Of a DNA stretch of 57,406 nucleotides, positions 26,584 to 40,300 are shown in pieces. Source of the DNA: Atractiella rhizophila (lineage: Eukaryota); NCBI GenBank assembly GCA_021432655.1, contig MU271254.1, positions 62,001 through 119,406 on the forward strand, read 5' to 3'. Under the pieces are notes generated by a model. That model had not been told where the DNA came from. It worked only from the letters and a program-made list of their open reading frames with translations, and did not search any database. The position numbers were made by a program, and so were the translations under genes. Numbering within the stretch: the stretch's first letter is position 1; every line of letters begins with the position of its first letter.

Positions 26584-27447
26584 ATGACTAACGATAGAGG
26601 ACGGTCGACGTCTCCAAAGCCGGTAGGAAGGAATTCGCCGGATAGGAGAGGCAGGAGTATCTCGAGGAGTAGGTCCAGGTCAAGGTCCAGGTCCAGGAGT
26701 CCAAGTAGAAAGCGGGCATATTCTGCCAGTCGTAGTCGCTCCAGAAGCCGGTCGTATTCTCCTCGTTCGAAGAGGTAAGACAGAGACAAGGATCTATGGG
26801 TCATATGAGACTGAGGGTCGAATAGGTCGCGAAGCTTGAGTCGCTCAAGGTCCAGGTCCCGCTCCTTCACTCCGCGCAGGAGGACTCGCTCGCTTTCACG
26901 ATCGCGTTCTCGTTCACGATCACGCGAGCGTGGAAGTCCCATTATTGTGGTGTCAAGGCTTACAAAGAACGTTACTCAAGACCATTTGCGAGAGATTTTT
27001 GGGAATTATGGAGACGTCTCTGACATTGACCTTCCGATCGTGCGAAAACGTGGGTATCCGTGTCCGTACCTCTACAAAACAAGCACTGATCTGTGTGAAG
27101 TGGGAACTCATCGTGGTACGGCTTACATCACTTATGCCTCAGCGTCATCCGCTGCAAAAGCTGTCTCGCACATGGATCGTGGGCAGTTGGACGGTTCCTT
27201 GATTTCAGTGTCATTCAAGGCAACGGACCCACCACCTAGGAGAAGGTATGGGAGGAGTCCTTCACCCCCTAGGAACAGACCGTACGCGCGGAGGCCTTCC
27301 CGTTCGAAGTCTCCACCCATCCGCCGTAGTGGCGCTCAAAGGAAGTCGCCCGATTATGGACCTCGAGGCCGCAGCCGGAGTGATGCTTCAATGAAAAGTG
27401 GTAGTAGCTACTCGAGCCGCGGGACCAGCAGGAGTAGGAGCCGCTAG
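26584..27447 (+). CDS. RNPS1: RS-rich RRM protein, RNPS1-like (copy A)
   Basis: RS tracts flank an RRM (IVVSRLTKNVTQDHLREIFGNYG...HRGTAYITY...AVSHMDRGQLDG); two introns. Confidence 0.8.
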
Positions 27448-27550
27448 CCGAAGAGACAGTGTCAGCCTCAAACTTGTGACTCTACTCCAGTTTTTGTAAC
27501 ACAGTTTTAATCCTTCAATTCATGCATGATCACTTTCAAAGTACAACACT

Positions 27551-28934
27551 TCATACAACCGGAACAACCGATCTAGAAGATCTGGTCAGCCGTGGCCCTC
27601 TAGTTCATCCGACTGACCTCGTGTCCCATACAACAAGACGTCCGTCCACCCCACTGGTACTGACCTGGGCAACAGCTTCCCTGGTTCCAGAGTAAAATTT
27701 CACCGCTGTAATCGTGTTCTGATGTGTTGTGGCCAATGCGGTCTCCTCAGGCGCAGCATACATATTAGCTCCTCTGCTGTCTGCGCTCTTGAACAGGTTG
27801 AAAGCTTCGTTATTCAGCCTTCCGGCTGCAGCAGTACGCGCTCCACCACTCTTGGATTGGTTCACATCCAAAGTCCCCGCCAAAGTCCAAGTGTAATTCG
27901 CGTCGGCTTGGAACAAATATGGCTGACAGTCATGACCGGCACCAACAAGAGACGTCTCTGTCACGAAAACAAGAGACAAGACGGGCAATGAGTGTAGGTC
28001 GACCACTTGAACGCCACCACCAGCGTAAGCAATCGAGATGGTGGAGTCGTGACCTGGTGAAAATGTTCAGTCAGCAGTTCCGCGATTGAAATGAACGGTT
28101 ACCAGTGAATGCAAGAGCTTCGCCACTGGGCGAGAAAGCTACCCCATGGACCCAACCGCCAGATGGGGTCGAATATTCCGCGCAAAGGGTATGGAAGGGC
28201 AATTTATCTCCCCAGTTTGTAGGAGCTGGCCTGTATGATGTCAACTACCACTCGTGCACACAAATGAGCAACAGACTTCTGATCTGATCCTTTCAAGAAA
28301 GCGGAAAATACCCTCGCTTTCGAATCTGCGCTAGCAGTAGCGAGCAGGATCGAGTTGGGATGCCAATCCAAAGCTAACACGGTACTCCTGATGGGTTTCT
28401 TGATGTGCCTAGCGACCCACCAATCGTTTTCCGTATCGTACTGGCATACCGCTACGGTGCGGGCGCCCGAAGCGACTGCGAACTTCTCCTCGTTAGGAGA
28501 CCACTGAACATAGGTAGCCGAGCGGTTGAGACGGAGCAAGACAAGGGATGGAGACCATTTTTGTTGGCCAGTAGCCGGGTCGACAACGGGATTCCAAACA
28601 TAAGCATTTCGATCCTGGGAGCAAGTCACAATGCGATTGGTATGCGGAGCCCAGTCCACAGAGGTGATAAGTTTGTCATGCTGCGGGACCGTTGATTAAA
28701 TCGTGTCCAATCATTATGTGGCAGTACGCACTTCGGTTAAGGTATCGGCAAGAGTCCAACCGTTACCAGACTTTCTATGGATCTGCAACTCATCTGAATT
28801 GCTGCTTATAGCGACCACTGTCCAGTCCGGTGAGCAAGTCCAGCGGCTGAGGATAACAGAAAATCGAACGCACTGGAATGATCGGCGTTGAAGGCATGAG
28901 TCGTTAAGGGACTAAAGGAGAATTGGTGTTCCAT
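27551..28934 (-). CDS. ARPC1: Arp2/3 complex 41 kDa WD40 subunit (copy A)
   Basis: [49 protein letters not shown] and HQNTIT...STSGVDG. Confidence 0.94.
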
Positions 28935-29170
28935 GATGAGACGTTTCAATGGAGCGGATTAGCAATCTACACTCCTTATAAGCTCCTTTGGTTGAAGTGT
29001 TTGCAGCTAACTCGTGAGCGGACGGGACAGGGCGCTTCCGCTAGTCTTGTGCACGTACCTCTGGCGCCGTATGTTATCGACTTTGAAGCTTGAAAGACGC
29101 GGTGACGATAGGGAGGAGCTTAGAATCGCTTCATAGACGAGCTACTCAGCGTACTCGCCGCTAAGACAAG

Positions 29171-29872
29171 ATGGGGATTCAAGGCTTATTGCCCATGCTC
29201 AAGGCATGCTCTTCCTAACCAGTGCATGGTATTTGACTGCCAAATAGGAAGCGCAAAATCCGGATCACGTTAAGAATTACAAAGGAAAGACTCTTGGAAT
29301 TGATGCTTATGTCTGGCTTCACCGAGGAGCCTACGCATACGCCCAGTCGATAGCATTAGGCGAATCGAACACTCGTTACATTAACTACGCCATTCACAGG
29401 ATCCGCATGTTACAACACTACGGAGGTGAGTAACCTAGATTGAGCAGACGGACAAAGGTGATCAGACCACGTAGTGACGCCTTACGTTGTTTTTGATGGT
29501 GGACTCTTGTCGGCTAAGAAAGCTACTGAGAGCGATCGAGATCGGTCAGTCTTGGAAGTTGCAGTGTCACATTGCTCATTTTCGGACAGGCGACGCAAAG
29601 AAGCACTCGCTGCCGGGAAGAAGGCACTCCAAGAGGGCAAAAAGAGTTTAGCACGAGACTATTTCATCAAAGCTGTAGACGTCACTCCTGCCATGGCTTT
29701 TCAACTTATCAAGGTGACAAAGTGCCTGCCCACACCTGATTAAGCCGACATTGATCTACAGGCGCTCCGTAAAGACAACATTCGATACGTTGTGGCACCT
29801 TTCGAGGCTGATGGTAAGTGGCTCGTGCTGCAGGTTTATACACGTACAGATAGTAGGATTCAGCTCAGCTCG
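29171..29872 (+). pseudogene. EXO1: 5' fragment of exonuclease 1, truncated by the duplication junction
   Basis: MGIQGLLPMLK...GIDAYVWLHRG...VFDG...APFEADAQL, then an abrupt switch to GUK1 3'-end sequence. Confidence 0.88.
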
Positions 29873-30100
29873 ATATCCGCACTGTTAGACTAGGATCTGG
29901 TGTAGAACATAGTGAAGCAAATTTCAGCATCTTAGCTCAGCCGATTGTCACTTTCCTCCCTCCCAGTTACCTATTTCCCACAGATATCCAGCGAGTCCTC
30001 CCCATCTACTCGAGCAGCTGCCAAAGAATAAGCATGACTCAACTGCAAATAGAGTTCATGCGCTCAGTTGTCCAAATGAAACTGGGTCGAAACAACGAAA

Positions 30101-30959
30101 ATGACTAACGATAGAGGACGGTCGACGTCTCCAAAGCCGGTAGGAAGGAATTCGCCGGATAGGAGAGGCAGGAGTATCTCGAGGAGTAGGTCCAGGTCAA
30201 GGTCCAGGTCCAGGAGTCCAAGTAGAAAGCGGGCATATTCTGCCAGTCGTAGTCGCTCCAGAAGCCGGTCGTATTCTCCTCGTTCGAAGAGGTAAGACAG
30301 AGGGATCTATGTGTCATATGAGGCTGAAGGTCGAATAGGTCGCGAAGCTTGAGTCGCTCAAGGTCCAGGTCCCGCTCCTTCACTCCACGCAGGAGGACTC
30401 GCTCTCTTTCACGATCGCGTTCTCGTTCACGATCACGCGAGCGCGGAAGTCCAATTATTGTGGTATCAAGGCTTACAAAGAACGTTACTCAAGACCATTT
30501 GCGAGAGATTTTTGGGAATTATGGAGACGTCTCTGACATTGACCTTCCCATCGTGCGGAAACGTGTGTATCTGTGTTCGTGGGTCGACAGACAAGCACTG
30601 ATTTGTGTGAAGTGGGAACTCATCGTGGTACGGCTTACATCACTTATGCCTCAGCGTCATCCGCAGCGAAAGCTGTCTCGCACATGGATCGTGGGCAGTT
30701 GGACGGTTCCTTGATTTCAGTGTCATTCAAGACAACGGACCCACCACCTAGGAGAAGGTATGGGAGGAGTCCTTCACCCGCTAGGAACAGGCCGTACGCG
30801 CGGAGGCCTTCCCGTTCGAAGTCTCCACCTATCCGCCGTAGTGGCGCTCAACGGAAGTCGCCCGATTATGGACCTCGAGGCCGCAGCCGGAGTGATGCTT
30901 CAATGAAAAGTGTTAGTAGCTACTCGAACCGCGGGAGGAGCAGGAGTAGGAGCCGCTAG
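30101..30959 (+). CDS. RNPS1: RS-rich RRM protein, RNPS1-like (copy B)
   Basis: Same exon structure as copy A, with a few amino-acid changes. Confidence 0.8.
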
Positions 30960-31063
30960 CCGAAGAGACAGTGTCAGCCTCAAACTTGTGACTCTACTCC
31001 AGTTTTTGTAACACAGTTTTAATCCTTCAAATTCATGCATGATCACTCTCAAAGTACAACACT

Positions 31064-32446
31064 TCATACAACCGGAACAACCGATCTAGAAGATCTGGTC
31101 AGCCGTGGCCCTCTGGTTCATCCGACTGACCTCGTGTCCCATACAACAAGACGTCCGTCCACCCCACTAGTACTGACCTGGGCAACAGCTTCCCTGGTTC
31201 CAGAGTAAAATTTCACGGCTGTAATCGTGTTCTGATGTGTCGTGGCCAATGCGGTCTCCTCAGGCGCAGCATACATATTAGCTCCTCTGCTGTCTGCGCT
31301 CTTGAACAGGTTGAAAGCTTCGTTGTTCAGCCTTCCAGCTGCAGCAGTACGCGCTCCACCACTCTTGGATTGGTTGACGTCCAAAGTCCCCGCCAAAGTC
31401 CAAGTGTAATTCGCGTCGGCTTGGAACAAATATGGCTGACAGTCATGACCAGCACCAACAAGAGACGTCTCTGTCACGAAAACAAGAGACAAGACGGGCA
31501 ATGAGTGTAGTTCGACCACTTGAACGCCACCACCAGCGTAAGCGATCGAGATGGTGGAGTCGTGACCTGGTGAAATGTTCAGTCAGCAGTTCCGCGGTTG
31601 AAGTGAAAGGCTACCAGTGAACGCAAGAGCTTCGCCACTGGGCGAGAAAGCTACCCCATGGACCCAACCGCCAGATGGGGTCGAATATTCCGCGCAAAGG
31701 GTATGGAAGGGCAATTTATCTCCCCAGTTTGTAGGAGCTGGCCTGTATGATGTCAACTACCACTCGTGCACACAAATGAGCAACAGACTTCTGATCTGAT
31801 CCTTTCAAGAAAGCGGAAAATACCCTCGCTTTCGAATCTGCGCTAGCAGTAGCGAGCAGGATCGAGTTGGGATGCCAATCCAAAGCTAACACGGTACTCC
31901 TGATAGGTTTCTTGATGTGCCTAGCGACCCACCAATCGTTTTCCGTATCGTACTGGCATACCGCTACGGTGCGGGCGCCCGAAGCGACTGCGAACTTCTC
32001 CTCGTTAGGAGACCACTGAACATAGGTAGCCGAGCGGTTGAGACGGAGCAAGACAAGGGATGGAGACCATTTTTGTTGGCCAGTAGCCGGGTCGACAACG
32101 GGATTCCAAACATAAGCATTTCGATCCTGGGAGCAAGTCACAATGCGATTGGTATGCGGAGCCCAGTCCACAGAGGTGATAAGTTTGTCATGCTGCGGGA
32201 CCGTTGATTAAATCGTGTCCAATCATTATGTGGCAGTACGCACTTCGGTTAAGGTATCGGCAAGAGTCCAACCGTTACCAGACTTTCTATGGATCTGCAA
32301 CTCATCTGAATTGCTGCTTATAGCGACCACTGTCCAGTCCGGTGAGCAAGTCCAGCGGCTGAGGATAACAGAAAATCGAACGCACTGGAACGATCGGCGT
32401 TGAACGCATGAGTCGTTAAAGGACTAAAGGAGAATTGGTGTTCCAT
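31064..32446 (-). CDS. ARPC1: Arp2/3 complex 41 kDa WD40 subunit (copy B)
   Basis: ORFs 31716-32171 and 31118-31519 are essentially identical to copy A. Confidence 0.94.
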
Positions 32447-32682
32447 GATGAGACGTTTCAATGGAGCGGATTAGCAATCTACACTCCTTATAAGCTCCTT
32501 TGGTTGAAGTGTTCGCAGCTAACTCGTGAGCGGACGGGACAGGGCGCTTCCGCTAGTCTTGTGCACGTACCTCTGGCGCCGTATGTTATCGACTTTGAAG
32601 CTTGAAAGACGCGGTGACGATAGGGAGGAGCTTAGAAGCGCTTCATAGACGAGCTGCTCAGCGTGCTCGCCGCTAATACAAG

Positions 32683-34915
32683 ATGGGGATTCAAGGCTTA
32701 TTGCCCATGCTCAAGGCATGCTCTTCCTAACCAGTGCATGGTATTTGACTGCCAAATAGGAAGCGCAAAATCCGGATCACGTTAAGAATTACAAAGGAAA
32801 GACTCTTGGAATTGATGCTTATGTCTGGCTTCACCGAGGAGCCTACGCATACGCCCAGTCGATAGCATTAGGCGAATCGAACACTCGGTACATTAACTAC
32901 GCCATTCACAGGATCCGCATGTTACAACACTACGGAGGTGAGTAACCTAGATTGAGCAGACGGACAAAGGTGATCAGACCACGTAGTGACGCCTTACGTT
33001 GTTTTTGATGGTGGACTCTTGTCGGCTAAGAAAGCTACTGAGAGCGATCGAGATCGGTCAGTCTTGGATGTTGCAGGGGTGCATTGCTAATTTTCGGACA
33101 GGCGGCGCAAAGAAGCACTCGCTGCCGGAAAGAAGGCACTCCAAGAGGGCAAAAAGAGCTTAGCACGAGACCATTTCATCAAAGCTGTAGACGTCACTCC
33201 TGCCATGGCTTTTCAACTTATCAAGGTGACAAAGTGCCTGCCCACACCTGATTAAGCCGACATTGATCTACAGGCGCTCCGTAAAGACAACATTCGATAC
33301 GTTGTGGCACCTTTCGAGGCTGATGGTAAGTGGCTCGTGCTGCAGGTTTATACACGTACAGATAGTAGGATTCAGCTCAGCTCGCCTTTCTGGAGAAGGA
33401 GGGATTGTGCGATGGAATCATTACGGAAGATTCGGACCTCCTCGTCTATGGATGCAATCTGGTACTATTCAAAATGGACAACTTCGGCAACTGTGTCTCA
33501 ATCGCTCGAGCAGACTTTGCACGATGTACCACAGTGGACATGCACAGCTGGTCAAACAAAGAGTTCAGGCATATGGCCATTCTTTCCGGTTGCGACTATC
33601 TTCCGTCAATAAAAGGGATAGGACTGAAAACTGCTGCGAAATTATTGAAAAAACATAGGACAGTGGAGCAGGTTAGTTGCTCCCTATCAAACGAAGTTCG
33701 CCCATTGATGAAGCCTCCAGATAATCGACTCACTTCATCGGCAGGGATTCGGAAATCTCATCCAGGACTATCTGCCGAAATTTCGACGAGCTGATTTTAC
33801 ATTTCTTCATCAGCGCGTTTTTGATCCTGCTTCGAAGAAACTCGTCCACCTCAATCCCTTACCACCACACATTGACGCTTCTTATCTGGAATACACTGGC
33901 AACGAGCTTCCACAAGACATCGCGCTTGCGATAGCCGTCGGAGATCTTGACCCGATCAATCTGAAGCCATTTATTGATTTTGAACGCGGCGACGGACAAA
34001 AGCATCAATCTAGTTCTAAAACACTATTGAGCTACTTTTCAAATATGGCAACCCCCAAAGTGACACGCCCTCGAGAAGGTACAAAACGCTTGAAGAAACT
34101 AGACGCTAACAGTCCTACTGGGCCTGTTGTTGCGTCTAATGCCCAGACAACAACTAGCAAATATTTCAAGACTCCCATTCCGCCTGGACGAAAACAAACA
34201 ATTCAAGCTACAGTAGTCCTGAACGCGACCGAAACTTCATTGATGAATACCGTTGTGGACAAAGCGACCGATGGACTGGAGAAAGAAGAGTCGAAATGGA
34301 TCCTAGAGGAGAGCGTGGAAAAGGAAACTGTAGCATTTGAGCAGGAGAATGCGCGTCTAGAAGAAGATCTCAGTGAGCGCGAAATATCTATCAGTCCGTT
34401 TCGTCCTCCACACCGCACGTCACCAGCAAATTCCGATAACATCACTGACCCTGATGTCTCATCACCTTCAACGCCAACAGCCAAGCGAAAACGAGCACAC
34501 CGGACTGTTAGTCCCACCGATTTCATTAACAGTCCCACTGCATCCCAGCCCTTGAAACGTCGCAAGATTCTGTGTGACGGCTCAGGCGAGACGTCTGCCG
34601 ACAACATTTCGTCCCCAATCCTCGAAGAACGATCTTCACTTGTTGACCAGTCACGAACTGCTGTAGCAAGAGGCTGGCGAGAAAAATTTATCGCTCCGAT
34701 GTCCTCCAAGGTACTTATGAACTGATCGGGAATACAGTGCAAGGGCTGACAGAATGTAGGTACGCAAGGTAGCTCTTCAACCAACAACGCAACTGGCCAC
34801 TCCAACTCTCAGTCGAATCAACAATAAGACGCGGAGGAACGACAGTACCATCAAGATGTCTACCCGTCCGATGGTCAGACCACTAGATCTGGAAATTTTT
34901 CGCCATCCTGCATGA
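32683..34915 (+). CDS. EXO1: Exonuclease 1 (XPG/FEN1 family), full length
   Basis: XPG-N and XPG-I motifs EADAQLAFLE, IITEDSDLLVYG, ILSGCDYLPSIKGIGLKTA and FLHQRVFDP; long disordered C-terminus. Confidence 0.94.
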
Positions 34916-35245
34916 TTATCCGGTTTCATTCATTGCGCTCTTGTTTCTTCCCATTTCCTCCCCTTTCTACTTTGAGTCGGTCCACTTTGCATTCCGTGAT
35001 CAGTTTGTCATTGCCTTGCACTCTATAGGAGCGATGTTGCATTTATTTCAATCAAATTATATGGTGTACATTATCCAATCATATCAAATAATGCCCTAAT
35101 TATCTGATTATATATATCTGTGCTGGCAGTTTCGGTTTGGTAGTGCAGAGTGATTATGTAAACTATTATGCACCACACGGCCCGCAAATAGCTGGTGTAA
35201 TAGGGAATTCAGGCGACCACAACGGGGTATTGCACTTATGTTGTT

Positions 35246-36430
35246 ATGTCACTCTTGGACGAACTTGACCAGCCAGATCACCTGCAGCATTCTAGAGATA
35301 GCTCTCAGGCTCCCGATGTGGACAATGTGACTTTTGGGGATTTTGTCTCTGCAGCTACCCCTGAACAAGACGATTGGCTAGAGCCAGCTGAGCCTTCTCC
35401 CCTCCAACCCAACAACCAAGAGGAACCACAAGCACCACATTACTTATCACACCAATCAATTACCCGCACAGAGTCTATCTCTAGCATCAGTTCGCTGAAA
35501 CGTAGCTTCGCGTCTCTATTCTCCGCGATGCAAGACCAGGATGTCTCAACACGACCCAGAATACCGCCAAAAGGTGTGTTTTCCTATGTACTATTCTCAC
35601 CACCGCTCATGAGTGGCAAGGTGCTCCAAGCTTTCGAAACGATGAGGGTTGGAACAAGAACTGGGATTTTGATGCTCAGGATTCCATTGGGGGATCCATC
35701 CAGCTGCGAGGCCTCAAAGCTGGTGTTCGCACGGTCATGGACGAGGACCTTGCCGACGCTGTAAGTTTACCGTGATCCTGCTGCAGCTCAAGCTCAAAAC
35801 AACTCAGATTCGCCCAAACTTGCCAGGGCGGTCACGTCTTGAGCGCGATTGGACCATAGTCTACTCATCTGAGCAACATGGCATTTCTCTGCATACGCTT
35901 TACAATCGAGTGAAGAGCGAAACTCGGAACGACGGTCAGGGCAACGGTTTGGTCCTGGCAGTCCGAGATACCTCTGAGCATGTGTTCGGAGCTTTTGTTA
36001 ATGAAGGATTCAAGCTATCACGCGACTACTATGGGAACGGGGAGTGGTGCGTCAGGACCTTTCAACCGGACTTCTGACATGATTGTCTCAGCTTCTTGTG
36101 GAAAGCTGTTCCATTCGATTCCAAAGACTTCCGTGTTGGGTCAAGCGTGAAGTGCTTTCGATGGACAGGACATAATGACTACATGATCCTTTCTGACAGC
36201 ACCATGTTGAGCATCGGTGGAGGGTGAGCTTTTAGTTCATCATTCTGCTTATTTTGCTAAATTTCATTAGGGATGGGAAATTTGGCCTTTGGGTCGACTC
36301 CAATTTTGATAAGGGATTCACAGCGACGTGTCCATGCTTCAACAATGAGGTCTTATGTGCCGTTGGCTCTGAAGCCCCGTCTCAGAGTTCATTCGACATT
36401 TTGCAGATGGAGCTATGGAATATCGGTTGA
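35246..36430 (+). CDS. OXR1: TLDc-domain oxidation resistance protein
   Basis: WTIVYSSEQHGISLHTLY, VFGAFVNE, YYGNGE, SIGGG/DGKFGLW and CPCFNNEVL. Confidence 0.88.
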
Positions 36431-36552
36431 CCATCTCTCCAGGTTCAGACCCTGCACATCATCACATTCATTTGTACATGTTCAAGACGGTAACTAGTAT
36501 TACAATACGAAGAGTTGTGAAAGGATATTGTACACATGTATCAGATGTAGCA

Positions 36553-37163
36553 TTAACGTCGTGCTCCGTTTCTCAGCATGAAAAGAGCCACAGCACCTAT
36601 GGCTGCGGCACCGCCGGCTATCGCAAGCCCTAAATAACCATCCCGCTGCACGCCTTTCTCAATCAAGTCTGCTAGAGACTGAGCTTGCAGATTTTTCGGT
36701 TCTTTTTCCAGTAAAAGTTCTGTGATGACAGTAAGAACGCACTGACAACCGAAAAAGGTTACTGCACCGTTGAATCTTCGAGCCTCCGTCCAATTTTGGA
36801 GCTTGTAATGTCCGAGTGCAAGATAATATAGGCATTCTCGCCGTCTAGGAGCGTCCGTTCTGTAGATGTCTACGAGCAAGATCAACCAGAGCCAGAACAT
36901 GTGTTTATGAAACAGAGGTACCCATCAGCAATGACACACCCTCTTCGATTTCAGCCTTATTCTGCGATTTGACTAGACCCCAGGCGAGGTTGAACTTTGT
37001 CTGTGTTGACACAAAGCCTGCCAGAATATCCTCAATTTGCAAGGAAGGTCTCGTTAGGTAGTGGCGTACCTTTCTCTCCCTCAATCAAGTACTGATTTCT
37101 GAGTACCCTTAACTCAGCCTCCGAGATGGATTCCAGGGAATCCGCCACCATTGGATACTGCAT
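36553..37163 (-). CDS. FIS1: Mitochondrial fission protein Fis1
   Basis: ELRVLRNQY, STQTKFNLAWGLVKS, RRRECLYYLALGHYKL, EPKNLQAQSL and a C-terminal TM anchor with basic tail. Start tentative. Confidence 0.93.
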
Positions 37164-37339
37164 GAAGAGCCAACTGTTAGAGTGCTGGTGCAATGGTAGC
37201 CACTTGGGAAACAAGCCCCTGAGCCAACCTAAGCTTTGTTGGGGGCTTCTTTTCACAGGACAGCCCTAACCCCGAGGGAAACAACCGCGAACAGCCTGCT
37301 TGACACGCTCTCTCCAACCTCCAATCCTTTTCTCACAAC

Positions 37340-40300
37340 ATGTCAGGCAAAAGAGTACCTGGGCTCCCGCCAAGCTTTGCTAACAGCGTAAATATCCCTT
37401 TACTTTGAAAATGGCAGCTGAACGTACTTGCGCAGTTTTGGACGACAGACTACAGGAGAGGTCTCGCTACGTTGCACACCAAGCTTGTAGCTGGTATTGC
37501 TGAAAACGATGAAATTGTTCAATTTATCAGAGTACTGCCCTCGTTTATCCCTTCGCTTGCGCTAACAAAGTTCTCCCACACAGGCCAGGGCAAGCCAAGA
37601 GCAAGCCTTCGCAGCCAGTCTAATGAGCCCGCAAGGCTTGTCCGGCGATGGGTTTGGGTTCGATGATGGTGCCGCTTTACGAAACTTCTTCGTTTCACTC
37701 CAGGCCACTTCAGAACAAGAGGGGAGGGAAAGAGAGAAGCTTTCGAAAACGCTCGAGGTCGGCATTGCGGACGGCTTCGAGGACTGGACCGAACAGTGGA
37801 AGCTCAGGGTGGCTGAGGGAGCTGACGAGGTCGGGAAATGGTTGGAGGAGTACGAGGCTGCAAAGTATCAGGTCGAGCACATGAAGAAGCTTTATGAAGA
37901 AAAGACGAGGTTATCAGATGAGGCAAACGAAGACGCTCGCTTCGCGGGTATGAACTCGCCTCCTTCTTCTCTTACAAGCTTCCCAACAACCACCTCTTCA
38001 CCCAAATCAAACGGCATAAAACCTTTGAACATTCTGCCCGCACTTTCCATCAACGGGGCAGAGAAGTTTCGAAATGACGGGCCACGAAGCGCGAGGGAGT
38101 TCGGAGGCATTATAGCTGCCAAAGGTGGTTTCAAAGCGTTCACCGATCGAGTTCGAGGTCAAGCTGCCAAAGTCAACAGCATTATGGTGCCCAACGAGAA
38201 GCTGTTTTCGGATGAAGAGGAAGATGACGGTGTAAAACGTGCAACAAAGGAAGAAAAGGGGAAAGGGAAGGAAAGAAAAGAGGATGAAAAACCGAAGGAT
38301 TTGCTGGAAATTGCAGGGATTGTGAAAACGTCCGAAGAATGGAGCCACATTTTTCAGAATGCGAGGGATTTAGTGGTAAAACAAGAGTGAGTTTTTGCCT
38401 TTATTCCGTGCAGATTCGCAAGTAGTAATAGTTTTGGTTAGTATCACTGTCCCGTTGCTGGGAAAATATGAGAACGTCCACTCCGGAGAGGATCTGCTGC
38501 ATCATTTCAAAGAGTATGTGCTTAGTACTCATTTGAGGCGAGAAATAACTGGCCAGCAGGAATTTAATCGGCCTTGACGATTCTGTTGACAAGGCCTACG
38601 AGTTCTGCCGGCAACTAGTAGAGGAAATGAGCATTCTTCGTTTGGTTGGTATGTATATTCATGCCGGTCGTCTGATGTGCACACGCTAATCCCATGCAGG
38701 CGAGCTTGGAAACAAATTTTACGACACTCATGAAAACTTCTACATGTGGAAACCCGTCGCTTTTGAATTACACCATCAAGCGCGCCCCCTTCAACAATCA
38801 ACCACGAGTAGTCTTACGTCTCCTCCTATTAGTGCAACTTCATCGGATGTGGGGTCACCCACAAGGTCTGCCAGTGCTGTGTCCTCTTGGTATTCTGTTG
38901 TCTCGAACGTTACAAAGGCCATGGGACCACAGCAGGAAAAGGAACCAAAACACGAGAAAGCAGCCAGAGAGGCGGAAATGGCAGAGAAGGAGTATAGAGA
39001 TGGTGTTGCAAAGTTGGATAAGACAAGGTGAGAAAAAACTAGATGTTTTGACTTTATTCACGACGGCGCCAGGCTCTTCTTGGAAGAGAAGATTGCCGAT
39101 CATCTTTCTTACATGCAGAGGTTGGAATTGGATCGTTTACGAGCTGCCAAATCCGGTAGGTACCAATCAATACCCGTTAAATGGCAGTCTCATGTCAACT
39201 GACTTTGTTGGTCAGCTTTGCAAGCATATTCTTCAGCCATATCGTCTTTGGTTACGGTACAGCAAACCTCGAGGGATCAATGCAAACTCATGGAAGATGT
39301 TTGCATGCCTGAGAACGACATCGCTGCCTTGATCGAGCGTTACAAAACTGGTAACTTCAGACCCAAAGCTTACATTTTTGAGAATGTCTATCACGAGTAC
39401 GTCCTTGCAGACTTATGCATAGTGTACGAACTATCTTTCTAGGAGCGTCAATGTCTACTATGGCATCAATCTCCTGCGCTGGTCGGAGACAAAAGGCTTC
39501 ACTAACCCATTCGCCCCTGTGACTGCCAATGGTCCTCAGCGTAATGTTGGAGAAATCCCTGCGATCGTTCCAGCCATGCTGGAGACTCTGAAAGAAGGAT
39601 ATTCCAAACTTGCGTCAGATACAGGTGAGTTAAGGCTTCACTTTAGTCGAGCAACCTAATCTCCACTTGTTAGAGCGCCGCAAAGTCTGGATCTATGAAG
39701 GCAAGCTCAAGGCTGAATTTCTGGTATATTTTGACTTGGTTGTTTAGTTCCCCTCGTTTCGACACATCACGTCCGTGAGACCGTCAATGACGTTAATTCT
39801 GCCGTCCCTCTCAAGGAGGCCCTGACGAAGTACGATCTTCCCGTCGTAGCAAGCGCCTTAAAGGTTTGATTTCTCAGCTTTAAAGGTTTTGTCATCTCAA
39901 AACGACAATTAGTTGTATTTGCTGGAAATGGACCCTCCTTTGGTTCTGTATGCTGCTTATGACGACGTAAAACGCGTATATCCCAATGGTACGCTTTACT
40001 CCCATCAGCCACATACAAGCTTACCTTGGACATAGTTGGTGCCGAAGCTCAAGGCAATCGAGTTGAAGCAGTCCGCAAGGTCATTGCCAAACTACCTAAG
40101 GTTCACTTGATGGTGCTGGACGCTGTTGTGGCTCACATTGGCGAGCTGCTTGAAACCACTAAAACCGACGAAGATGATGAGACCTATCTGCTCAAACTCG
40201 GTTTCTCGATTGGCAGAAGTTCGTTCATACCCAATCTTGTCGATTCCAGGCTGACCTTTTCTCCAGCCATTGTACGACCGAAACATGAGAGCGGCATTAC

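Larger units (their letters stand above)
26308..29872 (+). repeat. Tandem segmental duplication, copy A (about 3.56 kb)
   Basis: Collinear with 29873-33384; junction CAGCTCAGCTCG|ATATCCGCACTG at 29872/29873. Confidence 0.95.
29873..33384 (+). repeat. Tandem segmental duplication, copy B (about 3.51 kb)
   Basis: Collinear with copy A, with scattered SNPs and indels concentrated in introns. Confidence 0.95.

Noticed and set aside
37339..37342. Shared CATG as overlapping start for FIS1 and the RhoGAP
   Set aside because: FIS1 has in-frame ATGs at 37163 and 37151, so no upstream micro-exon is needed.
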